From contig JAHHIM010000025.1 in NCBI GenBank assembly GCA_019358915.1, positions 1 to 64,000 of the forward strand: a stretch of DNA of 64,000 bases. The letters are read 5' to 3'. The notes beneath the pieces are model-generated. The model was not told where the DNA came from. It saw only the letters and a program-made list of their open reading frames with translations, and made no database searches. Shown here piece by piece: positions 39,722 through 50,500 of this stretch. Position 1 is the stretch's first letter; each line of letters starts with the position of its first letter. This DNA is from Trichormus sp. ATA11-4-KO1 (GTDB taxonomy: Bacteria > Cyanobacteriota > Cyanobacteriia > Cyanobacteriales > Nostocaceae). A program made the position numbers and the translations under genes.

Positions 39722-40084
39722 ATGAAAATCGCCCCTCTACTCACAAGTTTTGCCTTAGTTGGTTTTTTCACGGTTTGGGACGCACCACTCAAGGTGATTA
39801 ATCCTGCATTAGTGCAGGCATCAGCAGCCGAAGAATTATCCATAGCACAGAAACTAGACTTGCTTACCAAGAGTAAGGGACAGATTGGTAGTGGCGATCA
39901 ACTGCGTCGTTTCTTTTTTGGTGACTTGGACCCAATCGGTATCCAATCCGGTGGTGCAGGTCAAGTTGTTAACCTTTATAACAAAGCCAACGATGTCACA
40001 TTCTCTTACTGCTCACACTTCGATGTGATTGTCGCAATTAAGAAAGGCAAGGTGCCTAAGTTTGAGGCTAGTGAAGTAAAATAA
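39722..40084 (+). CDS. Hypothetical exported protein
   Basis: AGGAG RBS, signal-like N-terminus. Confidence 0.7.
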   Translation: MKIAPLLTSFALVGFFTVWDAPLKVINPALVQASAAEELSIAQKLDLLTKSKGQIGSGDQLRRFFFGDLDPIGIQSGGAGQVVNLYNKANDVTFSYCSHFDVIVAIKKGKVPKFEASEVK

Positions 40085-40224
40085 CCCAGAATTTGCTCAT
40101 TTTTTAGGCATTTAAGCTTATCCGCGTGCTATTAGCAGCCTGAGAAAATAAAAAATTATCAGGGTAGTATGCCACAGACAGGAATTACCTGTGGATAAAA
40201 CTAAATATAGTTTTAGATATGTGC

Positions 40225-40284
40225 AAAAAGTGCAACTAAGCAAGAAATTGAGGCAAAAGTTTCTTGCTCAGTTGCACTTTTTTT
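40225..40284 (+). terminator. Long stem-loop with T tract
   Basis: aaaaagtgcaactaagcaagaaa ... tttcttgctcagttgcacttttttt. Confidence 0.65.
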
Positions 40285-40547
40285 TGAAAGGCTTTAACAG
40301 TAGTGGATTGACACAGCTAAAGTAGCGCAGATGATTTTCTTGTGGAACAGGCAAGATGTCTTTTCTGGGCAGGCTAGAAGCCCACCTTACAATAATTATT
40401 TTTATACACTAAATTAGTCTGGTCACGCTAGTAGTTATAGAACTCAAATTAATATTAATTTTTATTTACTAAGATTGACATTATTGCATATTTAGTATGT
40501 AGCTTTATTTTGCCTAATTTTGTTTTACAATTTGTTACAAAGACGAT

Positions 40548-41090
40548 TTGTGGATTTGCCAAACACAATCAATGTTTGAACAAAAGCCAAAAACTTTAAT
40601 AAACATGCTTCAGAATAGCTTCATCGCCAAATTAATCTGGTTTCCCGTCATGGCTTCTTTGCTGATAGGATTGCCAGATAAGTTAGCTATTAGCCAAAAT
40701 CCCAAAAACTATTTGCAGATAGGGCTGAATTCCTCACCATTGTTTGCAGAGTTAGATCAACCCACTGCTGTCAATGTTTCTCAGACTACCAAAGAAATTG
40801 ATGAAAAGACAGCCTTTAATTTAGTTTGGAAGCTACCGCTAGTACAACGTAAAGCACGAGAAATTCAACGGCTTTCTCAAGGGAAGATCCGGGTAGGTGC
40901 GATCGTCGATGGTTATCCCACACCAAATAACCCATACTACACAGTTCGAGTATTTGAAGATGAGCCAGATCACAATACAACGATTTATTGGTTTCGTGTC
41001 TTGAATACAGGTGATGTCATTGAAGCTCTAGATGTGGTGGATAATAAATACATCTCCTTGGAAGAATGGAGAGCACAATTGAAACGCTAG
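40548..41090 (+). CDS. Hypothetical exported protein
   Basis: 180 aa ORF; true start probably downstream. Confidence 0.65.
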   Translation: MWICQTQSMFEQKPKTLINMLQNSFIAKLIWFPVMASLLIGLPDKLAISQNPKNYLQIGLNSSPLFAELDQPTAVNVSQTTKEIDEKTAFNLVWKLPLVQRKAREIQRLSQGKIRVGAIVDGYPTPNNPYYTVRVFEDEPDHNTTIYWFRVLNTGDVIEALDVVDNKYISLEEWRAQLKR

Positions 41091-41140
41091 AAATTTGTTA
41101 GATCAAGAGCGCGCTCATTTTTTAGTTCACTCAGCACTGA

Positions 41141-41266
41141 TATCATGTCCGGTTAATCAAACTAAATAAAAAATGTTTGCTCGTAGTCAGGACTTTAGTC
41201 CTGTTTGTGGGGACTTCAGTCCCTGCTACAACAGGACTTATCATGGGTGATTTGGCGGACATCATA
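41141..41266. mobile_element. MITE-like dispersed repeat copy 2 (no 26-bp insertion)
   Basis: Terminal inverted repeats tatcatgtccg / cggacatcata (10/11); 60 bp identical to copy 1. Confidence 0.8.
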
Positions 41267-41296
41267 TGAATCAGGTAAATTTAGCAAATAAAACTA

Positions 41297-41542
41297 ATGT
41301 CTCAACAAAAGTCTTTAAGTCCTTGGCAATACAAACCTTGGTGGTGTCAGCCTTGGTCTATACTGCTTACAGGTGTGATACTGATTAGCAGTAGTTGGTT
41401 ATTATTTAAAAATATTTGGCTGACAGTTCTTGTTTCCATACCAGTTTTTATTTGGATGGGATTTTTTTTGTTAATATGGCCGCAACTAATGATTCGCAGT
41501 GGGGTTTTGGAGTCGCATCAAACTGATTCTGTACAACAGTAA
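41297..41542 (+). CDS. Small membrane protein, DUF6737-like
   Basis: SPWQYKPWWCQPWSILLTG plus two TM segments. Confidence 0.75.
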   Translation: MSQQKSLSPWQYKPWWCQPWSILLTGVILISSSWLLFKNIWLTVLVSIPVFIWMGFFLLIWPQLMIRSGVLESHQTDSVQQ

Positions 41543-41552
41543 TTATTGCTTG

Positions 41553-43406
41553 CTATTCGTGATGCTTTTGATCTGGCAGAAACAGAGTAAATTGACTGCC
41601 TACACCCAATGTTGAGACGACTGTGACATCTCCGCCATGCAAACGCGCTAACTTGCGTGTCAAGGCTAAACCTAAACCGGTGCCTTCGTACTGACGATTT
41701 AATCGGCTGTCTAGTTGTTTAAATGGTTCAAATAAAAATTGGAACTGATTGTTGTCAATACCAATCCCAGTATCTGAAACCGTGAAATTAGTGCCTTCAG
41801 GTACTTTTTTGACTGCTAAAGATACGTAACCTACTGGGGTAAATTTAATGGCGTTAGTCAGGAGATTGAGTAGCATTTGTTTGAGGCGTCGTGCATCAGC
41901 GATGCACACATCTGCTTTTGGGTCAATTTCACTTGTTAGTTGTAAGCCTTTCGCTAAAGCGCGATCGCGTACTGTCGATAAAACATAATTACATAACTCT
42001 GGTACTGATAAACTCAACAAAGATAGTTCTTCTTTTCCAGCCTCGACCTTAGATAAGTCTAAGATATCGTTAATCACTGTCAACAGATGTTCCCCACTGT
42101 TATATATACAACTTATATATTCCTTCTGTTTATCATTGAGCGAGCCAACCATTTCTTGTTGTAGCAACTGGGATAACCCCATAATTGCATTGAGAGGTGT
42201 TCGCAGTTCGTGGCTCATGGTTGCTAAAAATTCACTTTTTGCCCGACTACCAGCTTCTGCTGCTGCTTGCGAGGCACGTAGTTTTAATTCTGTTTGTTTG
42301 CGCTCAGTAATATCCTCAATAATTGCTAGGAAAAATTCAGGTTCATCATTATAATCTGGCAGTATGGAAACAGAGAGGTGAGTCCAGACTAAACCACCGT
42401 CTTGATGCAGGAAGCGTCTTTCCATCTCAATATGATGTATGTCAACCAACTGTTCAGCATTATCTACACGCATTCCTGAAATTAGTTGTTTGTAAAGCGC
42501 TAAATCTCCCTTTTGGTGTGCAATGTAATTGATAAAGCGCTGACCACATAGTTCTTCCCGACTGTATCCCAACATCTGACACAGTGCCGGGTTGGTATCA
42601 ACTATTTGTGCTTTCATATCTATTAGCCCAATGCCCACAGAGGAACGCTCGAAAATTGCCCTAAATCGGGCCTCACTTTGTCGCAGTGCCTCTTGTGCAG
42701 CGTTGCGATCGCTTGCTTCTATGGCCAGGGTGACAAAATCTGCGATCGAGCCTGCAAAATTTTCTTCTGCCAAAGTCCACTGGCGGACCTCCCCAAAGTG
42801 TTCATGGCACACTACCCCCACCAAACGACCCCCAAGCCAAATTGGTGCCGCCAGCAGGGATGCGATGCCAAATACAGAAAGATAAGAAGTGGATAATTCT
42901 TGGGTTCTTTTGTCCTTGATGGCATTATCTACTGCAATGCTACGTTCTTCTTCCAAAGCTTTAAAGTATGCAGGATAATTCGCTTTTAAAAAAGACATAC
43001 CACAGGTGTGCTCTTTTTGACTAACGTCATATAAATCGACGCATTCAATAGCTGAACAGTCTTCCTTATATAACCACACGCCAACTCGCTTCACTAAGAG
43101 TGTCTGAGCCGCAGCTTCTGTAATTTCTCTAAGCGCCGCTTTGAGATTGCCTTGCTGGAATGTCTGGCTTCTAGCTAACTGCACTAGCGTCTGGCTTTGT
43201 TTTCGCCGCTCATTTTCTTTGATTTGCAAAGCCTTTTGTACTTGCTGATGTTCTGTAATATCTCTAACTACCACCATTTGCATATGTTGCCCTTGGGGAG
43301 AAACCATTTTGCCTTGCAGGTCTACAGGAAAGGTAGAACCGTCTTGATTAACTACAATTACTTCACAGGGTTTTTCACAACCGTAGAGTATATTTTTATT
43401 CATCAA
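41553..43406 (-). CDS. Sensor histidine kinase (partial PAS, GAF, PAS, HisKA, HATPase)
   Basis: [34 protein letters not shown]. Confidence 0.93.
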   Translation of the reverse strand: MMNKNILYGCEKPCEVIVVNQDGSTFPVDLQGKMVSPQGQHMQMVVVRDITEHQQVQKALQIKENERRKQSQTLVQLARSQTFQQGNLKAALREITEAAAQTLLVKRVGVWLYKEDCSAIECVDLYDVSQKEHTCGMSFLKANYPAYFKALEEERSIAVDNAIKDKRTQELSTSYLSVFGIASLLAAPIWLGGRLVGVVCHEHFGEVRQWTLAEENFAGSIADFVTLAIEASDRNAAQEALRQSEARFRAIFERSSVGIGLIDMKAQIVDTNPALCQMLGYSREELCGQRFINYIAHQKGDLALYKQLISGMRVDNAEQLVDIHHIEMERRFLHQDGGLVWTHLSVSILPDYNDEPEFFLAIIEDITERKQTELKLRASQAAAEAGSRAKSEFLATMSHELRTPLNAIMGLSQLLQQEMVGSLNDKQKEYISCIYNSGEHLLTVINDILDLSKVEAGKEELSLLSLSVPELCNYVLSTVRDRALAKGLQLTSEIDPKADVCIADARRLKQMLLNLLTNAIKFTPVGYVSLAVKKVPEGTNFTVSDTGIGIDNNQFQFLFEPFKQLDSRLNRQYEGTGLGLALTRKLARLHGGDVTVVSTLGVGSQFTLFLPDQKHHE

Positions 43407-43945
43407 ATCTTATAACTAAATTTATTGAGTCTGTGAAATTTATACCCTCCAGGAATTAGCGAGTCTGAATTAGCAGAAACAGTAGGTGGCAGTCAATGTC
43501 TTTGATACTGACATCAGTTAACATGGCAGATACCAAACTAGCATCACTCTTGCAAGGTAGATTTGCTAGGGTGAATGCTCTAACTTCTGTATGATTACCA
43601 TAAAACAGTAAATTGTTAATGTGATATTGATCGTATTCTTTGATATCTATAAAGCAGCTTTATCCAAAAATTGACAGAAAACAAGGTGCTTCATACGCAT
43701 ATTTAAAATAAAGATTAGACTTATACCTAAGAGTAAATAATTACTGCATAGCTTATGTATTGCAGGGAACAGGCTAGATAATCTCTTCGTGTCTGGGTTT
43801 GATGATTGGTTGATGTTCTTACCTACGTGGCAACTGCTATAAATACTGACTATCAGAACAGCAGTGCATTCATCTAGAGAAAGATACCCGAATGCTGAAA
43901 GTTTGTCAGAATTAAGATAACAGCAGCTGTTCTGGAGGTGACACA

Positions 43946-44872
43946 ATGAAAAATAGCAGTGTGAGAATTGTTTCTTTGATTCCCAGTGGAACTGAAATTT
44001 TAGCAACCCTGGGACTGACTGAGCAAATTGTCGGGCGATCGCATGAATGTGACTACCCTCCAGAAATTCAGAATCGCCCCGTTTGTACCCAAGCACGCTT
44101 GGACTCTGATGCACACAGCCGCAAGATTCATGATGATGTCAACAATTTGTTACAATCCGCTTTAAGTATTTATCAAATCAAAACAGATGTCTTAGAGCAA
44201 TTACAACCCACACACATTGTCACTCAGGATCAGTGTGATGTCTGTGCCGTTAGCCTGCCAGAAGTTGAAAAAGCTGTTGCCAGTCTTATCCATACCTCAC
44301 CTGCAATTATTTCCTTGCAACCAAATATTCTTGAGGATGTGTGGGCAGATATTGAGCGAGTCGGTAACGCCTTTAGTGTAGACTCAGTTCAGGTATTAGA
44401 GAACTTAGAAGCTCGCGTGACAATTTGTCAGCAAAAAATCCAAGGGCTATCTTTAACAGAACTACCCACCGTTGCCTGTATTGAGTGGACTGAGCCTTTA
44501 ATGACGGCTGCAAATTGGATTCCTGAATTAGTGAACTTGGCAGGAGGACAGTCACTATTTAGTGTGATTGGTAAACCTTCGGCTTGCATACCTTGGGAAA
44601 CACTAATAACCAGCAATCCAGATATCATCATATTTATGCCCTGTGGCTTTGATTTAAATCGCACTCGCCAAGAAGCCAAGTTATTAACTCAACGTCCAGA
44701 ATGGCAAAAACTCCACGCTACCCAAACTGGCAGAGTTTACATTACTGATGGCAATGCTTACTTCAATCGTCCAGGCCCACGATTAGCAGATTCTCTGGAA
44801 ATCTTGGCAGAAATTTTACATCCGGAAATTTTTGATTATGGCTACAAAGGAACCGCCTGGGAAACTTTATGA
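43946..44872 (+). CDS. BtuF-like (cobalamin/Fe-siderophore) substrate-binding protein
   Basis: RIVSLIPSGTEI, GRSHECDYP, FNRPGPRL. Confidence 0.85.
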   Translation: MKNSSVRIVSLIPSGTEILATLGLTEQIVGRSHECDYPPEIQNRPVCTQARLDSDAHSRKIHDDVNNLLQSALSIYQIKTDVLEQLQPTHIVTQDQCDVCAVSLPEVEKAVASLIHTSPAIISLQPNILEDVWADIERVGNAFSVDSVQVLENLEARVTICQQKIQGLSLTELPTVACIEWTEPLMTAANWIPELVNLAGGQSLFSVIGKPSACIPWETLITSNPDIIIFMPCGFDLNRTRQEAKLLTQRPEWQKLHATQTGRVYITDGNAYFNRPGPRLADSLEILAEILHPEIFDYGYKGTAWETL

Positions 44873-44873
44873 A

Positions 44874-44905
44874 GAGTGCTGAGTGCTGAGTGCTGAGTGC
44901 TGAGT
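44874..44905. repeat. STRR heptamer array (GAGTGCT)x4
   Basis: Direct count. Confidence 0.9.
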
Positions 44906-44970
44906 AGGGTAAATATTAGTCATTGGTCATTAGTTATTGGAAAGTCACAATCGTTTCCCCCACTCCCTAC

Positions 44971-45690
44971 CTACTCCCTACTTCCCCCAAACACAGCTAA
45001 ACCGTAATATTTCCAAGGTACTACCACTGTCTTGAATCCAGATGTTGCCAGCATTTGCAAATGGGTATCTAAAGTAGCTAATTGGTCTTGACTAGAGTAT
45101 CCTTGTGTACTACTAGTGCCTAGCTTGGCGCGAACTTCTGTTAAATTAGTTCCTTGTTGACTAGCCCATTCCTCTCGTGCCAACTTGTAAACTTCTGCTA
45201 AGGTAGGTGACTCTGGTAAAACAGGGTCTGCATTCCAAAAATAACCGCCTTGTTTGAGACTGACAGCAATACGCTGAAATAACTTTAACTTCATCTCATC
45301 ATGGAGATGGTGAATTGCCAAAGAGGACACACAGGCATCAAATTCGCTACCAATATTTAACTTTTCTGGATTATTTGCCCATGCACCAAAATCGCCTTGT
45401 ATCCCAGTCCAGCGTTGTTGATGTCCAGCTACTGTGATTTTATTTTCGGCAAATTGCAGCATTCGGGGTGAGTAATCTAAGGCAATTATTTCGGCATTGG
45501 GAAAACGTTTGAGTATTTTAAGACTTAGTTCCCCTGTACCACAGCCTAATTCTAATAAACGATGAGTTTTGGCAGGCAAACAATGAGTAATTACCTGCAA
45601 CATTTCATCATATCGGGGTATAAGTTGGCGAATACCTGTGTCAAAATCCGCCGTGTTGGCGAAGACTTCTCCGGGAAATAGCTGTTGCAT
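44971..45690 (-). CDS. Class I SAM-dependent methyltransferase
   Basis: LELGCGTG, LDYSPRML, SSLAIHHL. Confidence 0.92.
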   Translation of the reverse strand: MQQLFPGEVFANTADFDTGIRQLIPRYDEMLQVITHCLPAKTHRLLELGCGTGELSLKILKRFPNAEIIALDYSPRMLQFAENKITVAGHQQRWTGIQGDFGAWANNPEKLNIGSEFDACVSSLAIHHLHDEMKLKLFQRIAVSLKQGGYFWNADPVLPESPTLAEVYKLAREEWASQQGTNLTEVRAKLGTSSTQGYSSQDQLATLDTHLQMLATSGFKTVVVPWKYYGLAVFGGSRE

Positions 45691-46028
45691 GGGAATTTTA
45701 TAGATAAATGTACTCTTAATTATGATGACGCATCATTGTAAGTAATCGGCACAAAGCGATCGCATCTTCTGAGCCTGAGCCTAAAAAAATACTCAACTAA
45801 TATCTTTATTTATGAGGTTATATAATTCTTTAATTGAGGACTTTATGACCAGCCTCCAGTTGGGGAGCACGAGGTTTTGGGTGAATTAACTTGTATCATA
45901 TGTGACATTAATCCGTAGCTTCCCTGCACTAGCTTAGAATAGGAAGTAGTACACTGGAGAATCAAAAGATAGCGACTTAGTTAGCTATCACTAGCCCTAA
46001 CTTTCTCTTCCCATACTTGGGAAATTCT

Positions 46029-47075
46029 ATGCTACAGCTTGTAATTATTGTGTTTGTTGTCATTTTAGGTTCAGCTTTTTGTTCTGGTACAGAAACGGCG
46101 CTGTTTTCTGTTTCGCCCTTGAGAGTCAGGCAATTAGCACAATCACATAACCCTTCAGCAGTTGCACTTTTGGCAATTCGAGAAAACATGAATCGCCCTA
46201 TTGCGACTATCGTAATTCTGAATAATATTTTTAATATAGTTGGCAGTATTCTTACAGGTAATATTGCTACTCAAGTATTAGGAGACATTTGGCTGGGGAT
46301 ATTTTCAGGAATACTGACATTTTTAATTATTATTTTTGGTGAAATCATCCCTAAGACAATTGGAGAGCGTTATGCTGAACCAATTGCCCTACTGGCAGCC
46401 CTACCTGTTACTGGACTTTCTATTATTTTTACACCCTTGGTTTGGATTATAGAAAATGTGACTACGCCTTTTGTGAAAGGCAAAAAACGACCAACAACAA
46501 ATGAGGCTGAAATCAAACTACTAGCAAATATCGGTCAACAAGAAGGGATTATTGAAAGCGATGAAGCAGAAATGATCCAACGAGTGTTTAGATTAAATGA
46601 TGTGACAGCCTCTGACCTGATGACACCTCGAATTATGCTGACATATATATGGGGAAATTTAACTCTTGCTGAAGCTAAAAAAGATATTATTGCCTCCCAA
46701 CATACCCGCATTATTGTAATTGATGAGTCTATTGACCAAGTAATTGGATTTGCCTTAAAGCAGAATTTATTAACAGCAATGGTTGAAGGAAAAAACAATG
46801 AAAAAATTGCTAATTTAGCTCGGAAAGTTCACTTTGTTCCTGAAATAATTCGGGCAGATAAACTGCTGAAAAATTTCATAGAAGCACGTGAACATCTTGC
46901 AGTGGTGGTTGATGAGTATGGGGATGTTGCTGGTGTTGTTACTTTAGAAGATGTGCTGGAGGTGATCACTGGTGAAATTGTAGATGAGACTGATAGAAGC
47001 GTAGATTTGCAAGAGATTGCACGTAAGAAGCGAGAAAAAATGTTGCAGTCCATGAATGTTGGCAATATACGTTAA
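46029..47075 (+). CDS. CNNM/CBS (hemolysin/CorC-like) membrane protein
   Basis: SGTETALFS, FGEIIPK, MTPR, VVDEYG..AGVVTLED. Confidence 0.92.
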   Translation: MLQLVIIVFVVILGSAFCSGTETALFSVSPLRVRQLAQSHNPSAVALLAIRENMNRPIATIVILNNIFNIVGSILTGNIATQVLGDIWLGIFSGILTFLIIIFGEIIPKTIGERYAEPIALLAALPVTGLSIIFTPLVWIIENVTTPFVKGKKRPTTNEAEIKLLANIGQQEGIIESDEAEMIQRVFRLNDVTASDLMTPRIMLTYIWGNLTLAEAKKDIIASQHTRIIVIDESIDQVIGFALKQNLLTAMVEGKNNEKIANLARKVHFVPEIIRADKLLKNFIEAREHLAVVVDEYGDVAGVVTLEDVLEVITGEIVDETDRSVDLQEIARKKREKMLQSMNVGNIR

Positions 47076-47507
47076 TTCTGGTTAGCACCGCTAAAAAATT
47101 GGGAAAAATCTAGTCAGTAACAAAAAACTAACTGGCTAGGAAATAGCGCAGTAACTGAGTGCTGAGTAAAAATACTAATTCCACTCCCTCAGCCTCTTTC
47201 TCCGTTTGTCAGCCGGGGGATGTGCTGAAATAATTATAAATTTACAGTATTAATATTATAATTAATTGGCTTTTAAATTTTTAATTAGCTGGATACTAAC
47301 AACATACTTAAGTAATTTTAAATGCCAAAAATCAACAAATTTGAAAGTTTTGAAAAACTGGTGCCATCATTTTTTTTGGAAATAAAATATTAAATAATTT
47401 AAAATAAACATTTATCTATCAAGAAATCCATCATTATGTCATTACCATTGGGACTTTAAAAAATATAAATTAAAAGTCTGGGCGACAAGTTCTGGAGGAT
47501 TAATGAA

Positions 47508-50500
47508 GTGGGTAGGTGGCACAGATATCATCGATTTAAATCTGTGAACTTTTTTAGCAAACAAGTGTTGTTGCCACTTTTAGTGGGAATTTTCGTCTCA
47601 ATTGCAGTGATTATACTATGGCAAAGACTACTAATTGAAGAGCAGAGCAACATTGAACAACTTGTACAACAACAAGCGATCGCCCTGCAAACAGAATTGA
47701 CTAACGAACTCAAAACGCGCATTTTAGCATTGGAGCGCATGGAAAAACGCTGGCAAATGCGTGGCGGAACTCCTCGCGCAGAATGGGAAGCAGATGCAGC
47801 AGCTCAAGTAAAAGACTTTAGAGGATATCGAGCCATTGAATGGGTTGACCCATCATTTCGGGTACGTTGGATTGTACCTTTGGAGGGAAATGAAACCGCC
47901 CAAAATCTTGATCTCAGCCAGGAAGCACGGCGACGGGAAGCATTAGAAACAGCGCACGATCGCCATCAAATTACTTTTAGTCGTACAGTTAATCTTGTCC
48001 AAGGTGGCAAGGGATTGTTAGCATACGTACCTCTGCTGAAAAAAAATCAGTTCGATGGATTTATCTTAGGAGTTTTTCAGATTCAACCCCTGCTGGATTC
48101 ACTTGTCCATTTACCATTGGGTTACAAAGTGAGAGTCTTTGACGGTCAGGAGTTGATTTACAGTCATGATTCACCACTTCTAGCACCACCATCTTCTTGG
48201 CAGCAAGATGTAAAAATCGACTTGTATGGAATCAACTGGCGTGTGCAAGTTTACCCCACTCCAGAGTTATTAAAAAACTTGCGATCGCCTCTACCAACAG
48301 TTGTCTTGATTGCTGGATTATTACTAGCTGGAACACTAACTTTATTAATCTATTTTGCTCAAGCTACTAAATTGAGTAGCTGTCAAATAACAGCATTCAA
48401 TCAAGAACTAGCTCACAGAATCTTTGAACAAAGACAGATAGAAATCGCCCTCGCGGAGCGCGAAACTCGTCTGCGGCAGTTATTAGAAACCGTTAAAGTG
48501 ATCCCCTGGGAATTAGACTGGAAAACCTGGCGATTTACTTATGTCGGGCCGCAAGCAGAAGTATTACTGGATTATCCCATCAATGAATGGTATCAAGAAA
48601 ATTTTTGGATTAGTCATCTGCATCCGCAAGACCGAGAAAAGTCTTTGCATTTTTGCCAGGAAGCAATCACTAGGGGCGAAAATCACGAATTTGAATACCG
48701 CATGTTAGCAGCCGACGGGCGAGTTGTTTGGCTGCGAGACATTGTAAATGTAGTTCAGGAAGCTGGATATCCTACTATTTTACGGGGATTCATGTTTGAT
48801 ATTACCGACCTGAAACTAGTAGAAGAAACCTTGAGATTGCGAGAACGGGCACTTGCAGCCACCAGCAATGGAATTGTGATTGCCGATGCCAGACTTCCCA
48901 ATAATCCAGTGATTTACGTCAATGCAGCCTTTGAGCAAATCACAGGCTACAGCGCCACTGATGTCATCGGGCATAACTGTCGATTTTTACAAGGCCAAGA
49001 TATCCAGCAATCAGCAATTGATGAATTGCGTTCATCTCTGCAAGCTGGAACCAGTTGTAAAGTGATTCTCCGCAACTACCGTAAAGATGGCACTTGTTTC
49101 TGGAATGAATTGAGTATCTCACCTATCCATAATGAAAACGGACAATTAACTCATTTTGTGGGAGTGCAAAATGATATTAGCGAACGGCAAGCCGCGCTAC
49201 GCGAACTCCAAAAAGCAGAAGCAGCCCTCAGAGAACAAGAAGAACGCTTGCAACTAGTGATTGAAGGCAACCAAGATGCGATTTGGGATTGGAATATAAT
49301 TACAAATCAAACTTTTCGTTCTGCCAAGTGGGCTGAACTTGTAGGGGAACCAGAACATCAATTCATCAGTAGTAATGAGGATTGGGTGAGCCGGATTCAT
49401 GCCGATGATTATGACCGGGTAATGATGACTAGGCAAGATTATCTCAGTCAAAAAATCCCCAATTATGTGATTGAGTATCGCCTGCGCTGTAATGATGGCA
49501 ATTATAAGTGGGTGCTGGTACATGGCACAGCTCAATGGGATCAACAGGGTAATCCAGTCAGGATGGTTGGCTCAACTAAAGATATTACTGAACGCGTGCA
49601 AACACAAGATGCACTCAAGCGCCAATTTAATCGGACGCTGCTGCTGGAACAAATCACGCAGAAAATTCGTCAGAGCCTCGATACCCAAGGCATTTTAGAG
49701 ACGGCTGCCATTCAAATTGGTAAAGCCTTTGGAGTGCATCGCTGTCTAATTCACTCTTATATTAATGACCCTATTCCCCGCATCCCTGTAGTAGCACAGT
49801 ACGTAGTCTTGGGTTACCCCTCCATGCTGAACGTAGAAATTCCCATCATTGGTAATCCTCATACTGAACTGATGATATCCCAGGATCAGGCGATCGCCTC
49901 CCCAGATGTCTACGTTGATCCTTTAATGCAAACAACCGCACCCATCTGCCAAGAGATGGGGTTAAAGTCGATGCTGTCGGTTCGTACCTCTTATCAAGGA
50001 GAACCGAATGGAGCCATTTGCTTACACCAGTGCAGTTATTTTCGCGAGTGGATTCCAGACGAAATTGAATTATTAGAGGCAGTTGCTGTGCGACTAGGCA
50101 TTGCTTTAGCCCAGGCTCACTTGCTAGAGCAAGAAACCCGCCAACGTGAAGAACTCACCGTGAAAAACTTCGCTCTGGAACAGGCAAAACGTCAGGCAGA
50201 AACTGCAAATCGCGCCAAAAGCGAGTTTTTGGCGATGATGAGTCATGAAATTCGTACTCCCATGAACGCTGTAATCGGGATGACAGGGCTGCTGCTAGAT
50301 ACGGATCTGACTGCCCAACAGCAAGACTTTGTAGAAACAATTCGCAGTAGTGGAGATGCCTTACTGACCATCATCAACGACATTTTGGATTTCTCCAAAA
50401 TTGAATCGGGCAAATTGGAACTGGAAGAAAAACCTTTTGATTTGAGAGCTTGTATAGAGAAAGTCATTGACCTCTTAGCCCCAAAAGCATCGGAAAAAAA

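Noticed and set aside
43406..43560. Upstream extension of the kinase that starts mid-PAS
   Set aside because: Several in-frame stops and no PAS-like sequence recognised upstream
43740..43945. Cobalamin riboswitch before the BtuF-like gene
   Set aside because: Only isolated GGGAA and GCAACTG words; conserved stems and B12 box not found
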